Origin: an uncultured Dehalococcoidia bacterium
GTDB taxonomy: Bacteria > Chloroflexota > Dehalococcoidia > Lucifugimonadales > CATQGZ01
DNA: 64,000 bases
Direction of reading: 5' to 3'
Assembly: GCA_964570875.1 (NCBI GenBank)
Contig: CAZMZE010000021.1
Location: forward strand, 4,987 to 68,986
Positions 18,039-27,216 of the stretch are shown here, in pieces. The position numbers and the translations under genes were made by a program. Below the pieces are notes generated by a model. It made no database searches and was not told where the DNA came from. It was given only the letters and a program-made list of their open reading frames with translations. How positions within the stretch are numbered: position 1 is the stretch's first letter; each line of letters begins with the position of its first letter.

Positions 18039-18941
18039 TTATTCATTCCGAATATCATTGACAAATTTCCTCAAATCTTGAGGTAATTCAGTACTCAATG
18101 CGACCACCTGTTTGGTAGAAGGATGGATGAAATTAATTGCTTGTGCGTGAAGAAATTGCCTGGCTAACAACTTATGCGGTTTCCCATATAATTCATCAGC
18201 TACTAAAGGATGTCCCACAGAGGTCATATGTACTCTTATCTGGTGAGTTCTACCAGTGATAGGCCTAACGTTCAGTAAAGTGTATTTACCATAGCTTTTC
18301 AGAACTTTATATTCAGTGGTAGAGTCTCTTCCTCTTTCAACAATGGACATCCGTTTACGATTCCTTGGATCCCTGCCAATTGGACCCTCTATTGTTGCTT
18401 CAAATGGCGATACCTTCCCATGAACCATCGCAAGATAACTTTTTTTAAATTGCCTGCTTTTAAACTGGTAAGACAATCTCATATGCGCAATATGATTCTT
18501 GGCTACCACAATAAGCCCTGAGGTATTCTTATCTAGCCTATGTACTATGCCTGGCCTGATCTTATTTCCAATCCCTTGCAGATCTGGGCAATGAGATAAC
18601 ACGGCATTAGCCAGAGTTTTAGAACGATGACCAGGTGCAGGGTGCACGATCATTCCGGCAGGCTTGTTCACTACCAACAGATCTGTGTCTTCATGAACTA
18701 TGTCTATTGGGATGTCTTCAGGAACCAGACCTGATGGACTAGCGTCAGGTATTTCAACAACAAGTTTTTGTCCCACACGTACCTTATATGATGAAGTGGT
18801 GACGTTTCCATCCACAGTAACGTTTCCAGCCAAAATCAATTTTTGAATTTGTGACCGAGATATATCTACGCAATTCTCCGATAGGAATCTGTCAATTCGT
18901 GTTCCATCGACGACCACTTCAAGTGATATGGTTTGGCTCAT
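18039..18941 (-). CDS. rluD: RluA-family 23S rRNA pseudouridine synthase (RluD-like)
   Basis: N-terminal S4-like domain (RIDRFLSE...SRSQIQKLI) and catalytic HRLDKNTSGLIVVAK. Overlaps lspA, as in the common lspA-rluD arrangement. Confidence 0.9.
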   Translation of the reverse strand: MSQTISLEVVVDGTRIDRFLSENCVDISRSQIQKLILAGNVTVDGNVTTSSYKVRVGQKLVVEIPDASPSGLVPEDIPIDIVHEDTDLLVVNKPAGMIVHPAPGHRSKTLANAVLSHCPDLQGIGNKIRPGIVHRLDKNTSGLIVVAKNHIAHMRLSYQFKSRQFKKSYLAMVHGKVSPFEATIEGPIGRDPRNRKRMSIVERGRDSTTEYKVLKSYGKYTLLNVRPITGRTHQIRVHMTSVGHPLVADELYGKPHKLLARQFLHAQAINFIHPSTKQVVALSTELPQDLRKFVNDIRNE

Positions 18942-19452
18942 TGCTTTTGTTACTGTTATCTAAAACTGGGGCAGTTTTGGGATTGCTGTCTTCAGAATCA
19001 CGATTGATTAAAAAATATCCCACCAGGATTGTCATTCCTATAACAATAGAAGAGTCTGCGATATTAAATATCGGCCACGGTCCAACATCAATAAAATCCA
19101 CTACGGCCCCATCTCTAATTCGATCGAGTAAATTACCCGCAGCTCCTCCTAATTGTAGACCGACTGCAAATCTCAGGATTCGACTAGAAACTGCGTATTT
19201 AGTATAGAAATACACAAGGAATCCTATGGCGAAAATTGAAGCAATTATGAGTATCATCGTTTGATTAGGAAACAGGCCAAAAGCTGAACCGCTATTGGTA
19301 GCATGATTAATTTTAATAAACGTGTCTGAAGGCCAAGATTCCCCAAGAGCCAACCAGCTACTTATTATGTTTTTAGACAATCGATCGAAAACGAACGACG
19401 CTAAAACCGTAGATATTAACAACCAGTCTGGAAATCGCATCAATTTATACAT
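18919..19452 (-). CDS. lspA: lipoprotein signal peptidase II
   Basis: NSGSAFG and VVDFIDVGPWPIFNIADSSI (the two catalytic Asp regions of LspA), with four hydrophobic segments. Confidence 0.9.
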   Translation of the reverse strand: MYKLMRFPDWLLISTVLASFVFDRLSKNIISSWLALGESWPSDTFIKINHATNSGSAFGLFPNQTMILIIASIFAIGFLVYFYTKYAVSSRILRFAVGLQLGGAAGNLLDRIRDGAVVDFIDVGPWPIFNIADSSIVIGMTILVGYFLINRDSEDSNPKTAPVLDNSNKSNEPNHIT

Positions 19453-19584
19453 TGTTAAATAAATGTTTCAAAAAAGCAGAAATATTTATAATTCTGATCA
19501 TTGGGGATTTTTACTGCACGCCCATTTAAAGCATAGCATAGGAATAACCAAGATCGAACCCACTAATACATTCACTCATGAACG

Positions 19585-19613
19585 TTGACACTATAGAAAT
19601 CCCACATTAGACT
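19585..19613 (+). promoter_or_regulatory. sigma70-type promoter candidate for the amidohydrolase gene
   Basis: TTGACA (19585-19590), 17 nt, then TAGACT (19608-19613), 38 nt upstream of the ATG. AAGGAG RBS precedes the start. Confidence 0.4.
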
Positions 19614-19651
19614 TCGGCTAACCTAAGCTATTTCCAGCAAGGAGAACAAAA

Positions 19652-20791
19652 ATGATAGTTGACGGACATAACTACTGCGTACCACAACTTGATGCACCTC
19701 AAGGCTACCCATCTCTCGAAGATAAGATGCGACAGGTACAAGCAGAGTTCTCCGGACACCATCAACCTGTTTGGAGAATTCCAGACAGAGCTAAAGCAGA
19801 CAACAGCACACTTATCGACCCCGAGACAGGTCTCTTAAGAAATGTGGAATGGACTCGTGAACAGGGGAGACTTGCCTGGAAAATCGATGGTAACACTTAC
19901 ACCAAACAATATTTACCCCCAATGATTAACAATTTAGAATTCCACTCTGACGCGCTAATCCGCGAAATGGATTACGCGAATGTGGATATTGGGTTACTGC
20001 ACGCTTACCGACTTTTGGGTAGTCCCAAATTCTTGAACAACTACCTAATGGAATCCACAAATTCATTCCCAGAGCGTCTATACAGATTGGTTATAACCGA
20101 GGAATCGCAAATAGTTAATGACCCTGACAGAATGATTCAGGATCTTTTCGAGGCAGTTGGTGGAGGAGGAGCAGTTGGCCTTCAGTTCTACCCAGGGCTT
20201 TACTATGACTCCATTTCTAATACCAGTAAACCCGAACAACCATGGGATGATGGAATCATGCGACCATTTTGGGAAGCTGTGTCATCAATTAATCTGCCCG
20301 TTTATTTCACACTTATCGGTGGTAGAGGCGCCCTGTCTTACCAAAACACATGGCAACAATCTTATCTAGATGAACAAAGGGTCCTAATGCGTTGGATGGA
20401 ACTATATCCAAACCTCTCAGCTGTGATCACACATGGGCTCCCATGGACAGCTTTCTTAGAGAATGATCAAATAAAATTCCCATCAGAGATATGGGAAGTT
20501 TTTGAATCACCACAATGTCATCTTCAGCTTTTGATACCAATCCAGATGGGTGCACGCTGGGACTATCCGTGGAAAGAATCAGAACCCGCTATGGAGGAAT
20601 GTGCTACAAAAATTGGAGCAGATCGCCTTATCTGGGGTACGGACATGCCTATGGTGGCTCGATTTTGCACATATAAACAAGCATTAAATCAATTTACAAA
20701 GCATTGTAATTTCCTATCGGAACAAGACCGTAATCAAATCCTAGGAGGTACCGCTCACAAGTTGATAAAATTAGGACTCCAGAATACATAA
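19652..20791 (+). CDS. amidohydrolase-2 (TIM-barrel metal-dependent hydrolase) family protein
   Basis: 379 aa. IVDGHNY near the N-terminus, and RLIWGTDMPM near the C-terminus matches the conserved Asp region of the amidohydrolase_2 family. Substrate unknown. Confidence 0.6.
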   Translation: MIVDGHNYCVPQLDAPQGYPSLEDKMRQVQAEFSGHHQPVWRIPDRAKADNSTLIDPETGLLRNVEWTREQGRLAWKIDGNTYTKQYLPPMINNLEFHSDALIREMDYANVDIGLLHAYRLLGSPKFLNNYLMESTNSFPERLYRLVITEESQIVNDPDRMIQDLFEAVGGGGAVGLQFYPGLYYDSISNTSKPEQPWDDGIMRPFWEAVSSINLPVYFTLIGGRGALSYQNTWQQSYLDEQRVLMRWMELYPNLSAVITHGLPWTAFLENDQIKFPSEIWEVFESPQCHLQLLIPIQMGARWDYPWKESEPAMEECATKIGADRLIWGTDMPMVARFCTYKQALNQFTKHCNFLSEQDRNQILGGTAHKLIKLGLQNT

Positions 20792-20850
20792 CCAGCTAGA
20801 ATCAGACTGGATTTGTCTATCTAATAGTAAAAACAGAGTCCTTAAATAAA

Positions 20851-21903
20851 TTATGCGGTATCGGTATAAGCAGATCGAACCAATTCTTCTGTTTCAGCCC
20901 ACCCTATGCAAGCATCAGTAATTGAAACACCGTACTCCAGCTCTGAAGGTTCTCCCAAAGACTGGCTGCCAGAATTGATATTACTCTCGATCATTACTCC
21001 AACTATTCCTTTATTTGATCTTCGCTGGTCCAATAGATTTTGGAACACTACTGATTGCCTCTTATGATCCTTGTTAGAGTTGCCGTGAGAACAATCAACC
21101 ACCAAATTTGGTTTGAGTCCTCTGTCTGATAGCATTTTTTGAGCTAGTGCCAGAGAGTCACTATCGTAATTGGGTCCGGTCTTACCGCCTCTCATAATCA
21201 AATGTCCAGTTGGATTCCCCTTAGTTCTAACCACTGCTGCCACTCCTTCGTCATCTATGCCCAAAAAAACATGTTCAGCTCTCGCAGCTACTATTCCATC
21301 AACGGCAATTTCGATCGTGCCTCCGGTCCCATTCTTGAATCCAATTGGCATACTCAACCCACTAGCCATCAACCGATGCGTTTGACTTTCCGTAGTTCTG
21401 GCACCGATCGCACCCCACGAAACAAGATCTCCAAAATATTGTGGAGCAAATGGCTCTAAAAATTCCGTCGCAGCCGGTAATCCAGTATCACACACATCTA
21501 GCAAAAACTTACGAGCTTTCGCCATCCCTTGCTTTACATCATAGGTTCCATTCAACAGAGGATCATTGATATAGCCCTTCCACCCAACAGTGGTTCTAGG
21601 CTTTTCAAAATAAACCCTCATGGCAACCAATATCTTATCTTTCACTTCTGATGCTAATACTGATAATCGATTTGCATACTCAAGTCCTGCATCAGGGTCA
21701 TGAATAGAACATGGCCCTACTATCATCAACAAGCGTTCATCAGATCCTTCTAATATATTTGATACCTGAAGACGATATTCTGTTACCTGTTGCTTTATCC
21801 CATCGTTAGAAGGGAATCGTCTCCAATACTCCGACGGTGGCTCCAGAGTAGTGATACTACTCACTCTGACGTTGTGAAGCGCCGTATTGTCTGTCTGAGC
21901 CAT
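20851..21903 (-). CDS. aroG: 3-deoxy-7-phosphoheptulonate (DAHP) synthase, class I
   Basis: 350 aa. Has LLMIVGPCSIHD, RVYFEKPRTTVGWKG, and GARTTESQ.HR in the arrangement of AroF/G/H-type enzymes. The isozyme specificity is not determinable. Confidence 0.9.
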   Translation of the reverse strand: MAQTDNTALHNVRVSSITTLEPPSEYWRRFPSNDGIKQQVTEYRLQVSNILEGSDERLLMIVGPCSIHDPDAGLEYANRLSVLASEVKDKILVAMRVYFEKPRTTVGWKGYINDPLLNGTYDVKQGMAKARKFLLDVCDTGLPAATEFLEPFAPQYFGDLVSWGAIGARTTESQTHRLMASGLSMPIGFKNGTGGTIEIAVDGIVAARAEHVFLGIDDEGVAAVVRTKGNPTGHLIMRGGKTGPNYDSDSLALAQKMLSDRGLKPNLVVDCSHGNSNKDHKRQSVVFQNLLDQRRSNKGIVGVMIESNINSGSQSLGEPSELEYGVSITDACIGWAETEELVRSAYTDTA

Positions 21904-21917
21904 AAATATCCTCCATG

Positions 21918-22005
21918 AAAAAACCCTAACCGATTTCGGTCAGGGCCTCTAATATCCGTTTTTCTATTTGCGGAGTATTCCTTTAGGAAACAAGAGCCCT
22001 CACCG
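21918..22005 (-). promoter_or_regulatory. aroG 5' leader attenuator: antiterminator segment plus intrinsic terminator
   Basis: The minus strand reads CGGTGAGGGC (22005-21996), about 50 nt, then G-CCCTGACCG-AAAT-CGGTTAGGG (21945-21924; 9-bp stem with one G-U) and TTTTTT (21923-21918). GGAGG and the ATG at 21903 follow. The upstream decamer pairs 9/10 with the 5' arm of the terminator. Confidence 0.6.
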
Positions 22006-22077
22006 GCAACACTTGGCACCGGTAAAATAGAAATATGCCCCTATGTTCTTATAGTTACACTCACTCACGATGCTCAA

Positions 22078-22107
22078 ATGATATGCTCGTTACAAACCAT
22101 GTGTCAA
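22078..22107 (-). promoter_or_regulatory. sigma70-type promoter candidate for aroG leader
   Basis: Minus strand: TTGACA (22107-22102), 18 nt, then TATCAT (22083-22078). Confidence 0.45.
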
Positions 22108-22175
22108 TTGAAAATTTGCTATAAAACTGACCACATGTTACATTACGCGTAATTATATTACGGACGAGGTGCCTT

Positions 22176-22577
22176 ATGAATGATAACTCCAATAGCCCCG
22201 AAAATAACTTGAGACAACAAATTGAGACCCTGGTGGAAGATGCCAACAACGTACTTAATTCAGCCGCTATAAGCAGTTCAAAAACTGCTCAGTCAGTTAA
22301 AGGGAGATTGAAGAATAGGATTAATGAAACGCGCGACGCAGTTCGATCCGCACGTGACAGTGTTGTCATGGTCAGAATTAACAAGACCAGCTTGTCAAGA
22401 CTAGATGAATTGGTTGAGGCTAAAATAGTTAGAAGCAGATCTGAAGCCGCAGCGTTCCTTATTGAAAAAGGAATCGAATCAAAGCAAGATTTGTTCGACA
22501 TAATGGCAGAAAAACTTGAACAGATCAGGCAAACCAGAGATGAACTAAGTCACCTCTTGGAAGATGATAAGTTGTAG
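22176..22577 (+). CDS. ribbon-helix-helix (CopG/Arc-like) domain protein
   Basis: 133 aa. VVMVRINKTSLSRLDELVEAKIVRSRSEAAAFLIEKGI fits the RHH pattern of beta-strand, helix, then an SRSE-initiated helix. GAGG RBS. Confidence 0.5.
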   Translation: MNDNSNSPENNLRQQIETLVEDANNVLNSAAISSSKTAQSVKGRLKNRINETRDAVRSARDSVVMVRINKTSLSRLDELVEAKIVRSRSEAAAFLIEKGIESKQDLFDIMAEKLEQIRQTRDELSHLLEDDKL

Positions 22578-22684
22578 AGATTGTTGAGGATGAATTCTAT
22601 TAACAACTTCGTTACCATTTGATTTGCGTTGCACCAAAACGTAGGCATCCCAATAAATAGATCTAGTTAATTCTAAATATTCTC

Positions 22685-23902
22685 ATGCAACCAGCGCAGG
22701 ACAATTCATCCAGATTCCATGGCCTAGATGCTCTAAGGGGCATCTCAATGATTCTAGGAATTGTTCTCCATGCAGCATTGCCATATGTTCCAGATATGCC
22801 AGTTGAAATCTGGCCTACAGACAAAAAATCTTCAAACTTGATTGGAATCATATTTCAATTTATTCATATTTGGAGAATGCCGCTATTTTTTATTCTCGCA
22901 GGGTTTTTCGCCAATTTAGTAATAAGCAGAAAATCTTGGAGATATTGGTGGAAGAACAGACTTTTACGCATCGCACTTCCTATACTTTGCTTCTCGCCCC
23001 TAATGTCTTTGACTCTACCTTGGATTTTTAACTATGGCAGAACAGAAGAAATAACATTCATTTATTCTAATATTGGACAACCTTGGCACTTGTGGTTTTT
23101 ATGGCAGTTGCTGATATTCGTGGTAATCACAATCATATTCAGCATACCGTACGTTTTTGTACAAGCGTCCATGAGACTTCTTGGAAAAAAACGGATGGTG
23201 TTCATCAAGTTATCTGTCCATCACCTGAAATCTTTATTTACGAGTATCTTATTCAAGCCCAGGTTTCCTATATTATTAATACTTTTATGTGGCATTTTGA
23301 ATATCCCAACCTGGGGAGAACTTATATTCAATCCAGTAGCCAGTAGCCTGTACTTTACTTTTGGCTACAGCCTCTACAGAAACTCCACACTGTTCCTCTT
23401 TTTACAAGAGAAATGGGTATATTACTTAATATCTGGAATGGGGATTTTCAGCATGTATACAATATTGATATTGTTGAAATCTCAGACTCTCGGAGTTGAC
23501 ATATATGGCGACAACATATCAATCGCCGACCAAAAACAAATCTCAGACCTCATCAATCTTTCACTTTACGCGTTTAAAATAATTTGTTCTATATTGATCC
23601 CACTTGGATTGATAGGCTTAGCAGAAAAGTTTTTCAATTCTTACAATCCTAAATTACGATTTATATCTGACGGAGCTTATTGGATTTATCTAATCCACCT
23701 TCCAATCGTTTCATTTATCACATTTTATTCATTCAAGTTTGAAGCAGTACCAGCTGAGATAAAATTTTTGGCGGCAATAGTTATAACATCATTGATCTGC
23801 CTTACTACATATAAGTATTTTGTGAGATCAACAATCATTGGAATATTGCTAAATGGGAAAAGGGTTGCCTTCAAGTCCGACGCTACAAATGCCTCTAAAT
23901 AA
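22685..23902 (+). CDS. acyltransferase-3 family integral membrane protein
   Basis: RFHGLDALRGISMILGIVLHAA is the N-terminal signature of acyltransferase_3/OpgC-like proteins. About 10 hydrophobic segments. Confidence 0.8.
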   Translation: MQPAQDNSSRFHGLDALRGISMILGIVLHAALPYVPDMPVEIWPTDKKSSNLIGIIFQFIHIWRMPLFFILAGFFANLVISRKSWRYWWKNRLLRIALPILCFSPLMSLTLPWIFNYGRTEEITFIYSNIGQPWHLWFLWQLLIFVVITIIFSIPYVFVQASMRLLGKKRMVFIKLSVHHLKSLFTSILFKPRFPILLILLCGILNIPTWGELIFNPVASSLYFTFGYSLYRNSTLFLFLQEKWVYYLISGMGIFSMYTILILLKSQTLGVDIYGDNISIADQKQISDLINLSLYAFKIICSILIPLGLIGLAEKFFNSYNPKLRFISDGAYWIYLIHLPIVSFITFYSFKFEAVPAEIKFLAAIVITSLICLTTYKYFVRSTIIGILLNGKRVAFKSDATNASK

Positions 23903-24599
23903 TCCGTGAATTTATCGGATCGACAATCAATATACTATTGTCTAACCCAAATCCTAACATGTCCCTTATTTCCACCATTACCTCCAAAGCTTGCTGAGGA
24001 GTGCAAGTACCCACATCGTTAACGATAGCCAATATCCTGTCTCCAAGCTCTCGAGTTCCCGGACTGCGCTCATTATAAAGAATATCTATCGGGGACCACC
24101 GAACGTCATCAAGAGTCAACTTAAGTTCACTGTACCTTATGGCCCAAGTGTAGAACCATGGTGTGCCTTGTGATGGAGCAGGACTACTTTTTAAACCCGC
24201 CAATGCTCCTTGAGTCATCTTGGTAAGAATTGCTTCATTTGTAAAACCAAATGGTTTCATAATGTAATCAACCACTTGGTGCAAAACCATCTCTTCAATA
24301 TCTCCCCCGATCATAACTTCCGGGCAATCTTCTTCAAATTGAGGACCTCGAGCCGTCCTAGGGAACCCTAGGCTCTGAACCACCAGATGGGACATTTCAT
24401 GAGCTACGTGCCAGGAAAGATCTCCATCAGGCAATTCCATCCATCTAGGGGGATGTGGAGACAATTTATCCGCACCCTGGTCTCCAAAAACGCTACTGTG
24501 GCCCAACTGGATTAATTCAGGTAATACTCCAATTTCCGAAGAATATTCGGACCAAAAACTATCGAATGGATTTACAAGCTTACGTCCAAGAACATCCAT
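23895..24599 (-). CDS. hypothetical protein with HExxH motif (possible zinc metallopeptidase)
   Basis: 234 aa. The only recognisable element is WHVAHEMSHLVV. Confidence 0.35.
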   Translation of the reverse strand: MDVLGRKLVNPFDSFWSEYSSEIGVLPELIQLGHSSVFGDQGADKLSPHPPRWMELPDGDLSWHVAHEMSHLVVQSLGFPRTARGPQFEEDCPEVMIGGDIEEMVLHQVVDYIMKPFGFTNEAILTKMTQGALAGLKSSPAPSQGTPWFYTWAIRYSELKLTLDDVRWSPIDILYNERSPGTRELGDRILAIVNDVGTCTPQQALEVMVEIRDMLGFGLDNSILIVDPINSRII

Positions 24600-24616
24600 G
24601 TCTAATCAATCTCTGC

Positions 24617-25903
24617 TCAATGGTGCTCGGGCTTGTGGACAAAAAGAACGATCAAACCACCCAAATACGCAAGAGCAGCAAATGCGAAAAACGGAATTAC
24701 ATAAGATCCAGTCCTGTCAAACATGTAGCCTGCAAACAAAGGAGCCAAAATCGTGCAGATATTATTAGGCACTGAGGAAAGTCCCGTGATGGTTGCGAAA
24801 GCCCTTCTACCAAAGTAGTCACCACGAATTGAGGTAGTTAAAGGCATCCTACCTCCAAATGCGATACCATACATAACCGCAAAAACGTATGCAGTTGTCA
24901 CACTTCCAGCTAAAGCTATGACAACCAATGATGTGGCTTGTAAACAGAGAAGCACAAATATCATAGGAGGTTTAGGAATTCTGTCTGCGAGATAGCCAGC
25001 CGTCAACTGTGACGGTATAGCCATAACCGTTGAAGTCAAAACCACAATTCCAGAGCTGGCTAGCGACATTCCAATATCTGTCAATTTGGGCACCAAGTGG
25101 GTAGCTAGAGATACAGTTGAAACGCTGGAAGATAATTGCACGAACATCAAAAGCCAGAAAGCAGGGGTGCGCAGAGCCTCCCGTACTGTGAAGTCGGTTT
25201 CAAGTTCCCGCTCATCTGAAGACAGATTTGCGCTATCATACTCAACCTGTTCAGCATTGAAACCATCAGGATGTAGCCCGATATCTTCAGGTTTATTTCT
25301 GATAATTTTGGCAACAGGAACAACTATTGCCAGTAAAAAAATCCCTATTGTTAGAGTGGTAAATCTGAAACCTTTTGAATCAATCCCAAAAGCCAGTAAA
25401 GGCACTAGAAACCCACCAAAATGAATTCCACTCATTGCAAGGGCCATCGCCAGGGTTCGCTTACGAATAAACCAGTTGTTGACCAGAGTTATCATAGCCA
25501 ACCAACCACTCACTCCAGATCCGACTGATGCAACACTAAAAGCCAGGTAGAATTCCCATATACTGTCCATTTGGGAGAACATTACAAAGCCAGCTCCCAT
25601 AATTGAGTAGCCTATGATAACCATCTTCCTTATCCCTACACGATCTAGCAAAATGCCCTCAAAGGGTCCAATTACTGCCCCAAGTACACGCCCTAAGGAA
25701 AAAGCTCCGGAAATAGCAGTTCGACTCCATCCAAATTTATCGTGCAGTGCCACCACAAAAGTCCCCAGTCCTTGAAAAACAGTGAGAGACATCAAAGTCA
25801 ACAAGAAAGCAGCTACCCCAACGAGTTTCCATCCATAAAATAATCCATGGTTTTTAGTTGAAAGCTTTGGAGATTTAGCAGGTATCTGATCTGGAGTTGT
25901 CAT
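24617..25903 (-). CDS. MFS transporter
   Basis: 428 aa with about 12 hydrophobic helices in a 6+6 layout around a central charged loop. Has the G..LDR.G.RK motif (GILLDRVGIRK) between TM2 and TM3. Confidence 0.85.
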   Translation of the reverse strand: MTTPDQIPAKSPKLSTKNHGLFYGWKLVGVAAFLLTLMSLTVFQGLGTFVVALHDKFGWSRTAISGAFSLGRVLGAVIGPFEGILLDRVGIRKMVIIGYSIMGAGFVMFSQMDSIWEFYLAFSVASVGSGVSGWLAMITLVNNWFIRKRTLAMALAMSGIHFGGFLVPLLAFGIDSKGFRFTTLTIGIFLLAIVVPVAKIIRNKPEDIGLHPDGFNAEQVEYDSANLSSDERELETDFTVREALRTPAFWLLMFVQLSSSVSTVSLATHLVPKLTDIGMSLASSGIVVLTSTVMAIPSQLTAGYLADRIPKPPMIFVLLCLQATSLVVIALAGSVTTAYVFAVMYGIAFGGRMPLTTSIRGDYFGRRAFATITGLSSVPNNICTILAPLFAGYMFDRTGSYVIPFFAFAALAYLGGLIVLFVHKPEHH

Positions 25904-26013
25904 GGGGGCAGTTTACCAAAATTAATCAGAGTAAATACACAATAATTGACATATTGGCTACGTGATAATTACTATTTTATAAGGTTAGTTTTCACATATC
26001 ACAGGAGTATCTA

Positions 26014-27138
26014 TTGACCCATTTCCAAGTGACGTGTACCAAGTGCAACGCAATCTTGTTGCCAGACATGACCAATTTCCTATGTAATGTATGTGCATCT
26101 ACATTGCAAGTAAAATACCCTGATCCCGACTATTTATGTGCGCAACCGCCGGGTTGGAGCGGGCCACATATCCCGACTCCCATTCACGATATAGACTCCT
26201 ACGTATCACTAGGTGAAGGAAACACCCCTCTCATCCCTCTACCAAGATTGGGGGATTCCCTAGGACTAAGTCACTTATCCGCAAAACTAGAATTTCTCAA
26301 CCCAACAGGTTCGTATAAAGACCGAGGTACTGCCACCATGATATCTGTGGCACATGAATTAGGTGTTAAAGAAATCATAGAAGACAGTTCTGGTAACGCG
26401 GGCGCTTCTGTTTCGGCATATTCAGCTCGAGCAGGAATAAAAGCCCATATTTTTGCCCCTCAAAACGCTCCTCAAGCCAAAATAGCTCAAATCATTGTAT
26501 ACGGAGCAGAACCACATTTAGTCCCGGGGCCTCGAGAATTTACAACCACTGCAGCATTGGATTACGTCAGGCGTAAAAACATTACTTATGCCTCTCACAA
26601 CCTTAGCCCTTTTTTCGTTGAAGGGACGAAATCGTTCGCCTACGAGGTTTTCATGCAGATGAAACATAATATGCCCGATCACATAGTCATGCCGGTAGGC
26701 AACGGGTCGCTATACCTTGGTGCGTGGAAGGGATTTATGGAATTGAAAGAAAAAGGACATCTCGAAAAAATACCAAAACTACACTGTATACAGGCTAAAG
26801 CAGTCATGCCAATAGTTTCTGAGATCAACGGTCAAGACTGGACTCCGGGCAATAACGTAACTGTGGCAGGAGGTATATCATCTGCTACTCCACCTCACAA
26901 AGAAGCGATCATCGACGTGTTGAGACGGAGCAACGGTACTGCTGCTGCTGTTGAGGAAAAGGCAATAATATCTCATCAAAAGAAATTAGCTGACTTAGAA
27001 GGGATCTATGCAGAACCTACCTCTTCAGCCGCATTTGCCGGGCTATCAGAACTAATGGAAATCGGTCGTATTAGTTCAGAAGATCATGTCTTACTTCCAG
27101 TAACCGGATTTGGACTTAAAGACAATCCACCAATTTAA
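26014..27138 (+). CDS. threonine-synthase-like fold-type II PLP enzyme with N-terminal zinc ribbon
   Basis: TTG start with AGGAG 7 nt upstream. CTKCN...CNVC ribbon, LNPTGSYKDRG (PLP-lysine motif, cf. NPTGSFKDRG of ThrC) and SSGNAG. Confidence 0.7.
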   Translation: MTHFQVTCTKCNAILLPDMTNFLCNVCASTLQVKYPDPDYLCAQPPGWSGPHIPTPIHDIDSYVSLGEGNTPLIPLPRLGDSLGLSHLSAKLEFLNPTGSYKDRGTATMISVAHELGVKEIIEDSSGNAGASVSAYSARAGIKAHIFAPQNAPQAKIAQIIVYGAEPHLVPGPREFTTTAALDYVRRKNITYASHNLSPFFVEGTKSFAYEVFMQMKHNMPDHIVMPVGNGSLYLGAWKGFMELKEKGHLEKIPKLHCIQAKAVMPIVSEINGQDWTPGNNVTVAGGISSATPPHKEAIIDVLRRSNGTAAAVEEKAIISHQKKLADLEGIYAEPTSSAAFAGLSELMEIGRISSEDHVLLPVTGFGLKDNPPI

Positions 27139-27216
27139 ATTCATTGACAAACCGTGTAGTTAGAACCTGACATTTCTTGCTTGGTGTACTAACCCAATAA
27201 AGGGAAAATTACGAAA

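Noticed and set aside
21904-22107. T-box riboswitch as the mechanism of the aroG leader
   Set aside because: The leader is only about 170 nt. I could not find the conserved T-box sequence (AGGGUGGUACCGCG-like) or a specifier-loop architecture. The terminator/antiterminator pair is real, but the sensor remains unassigned.
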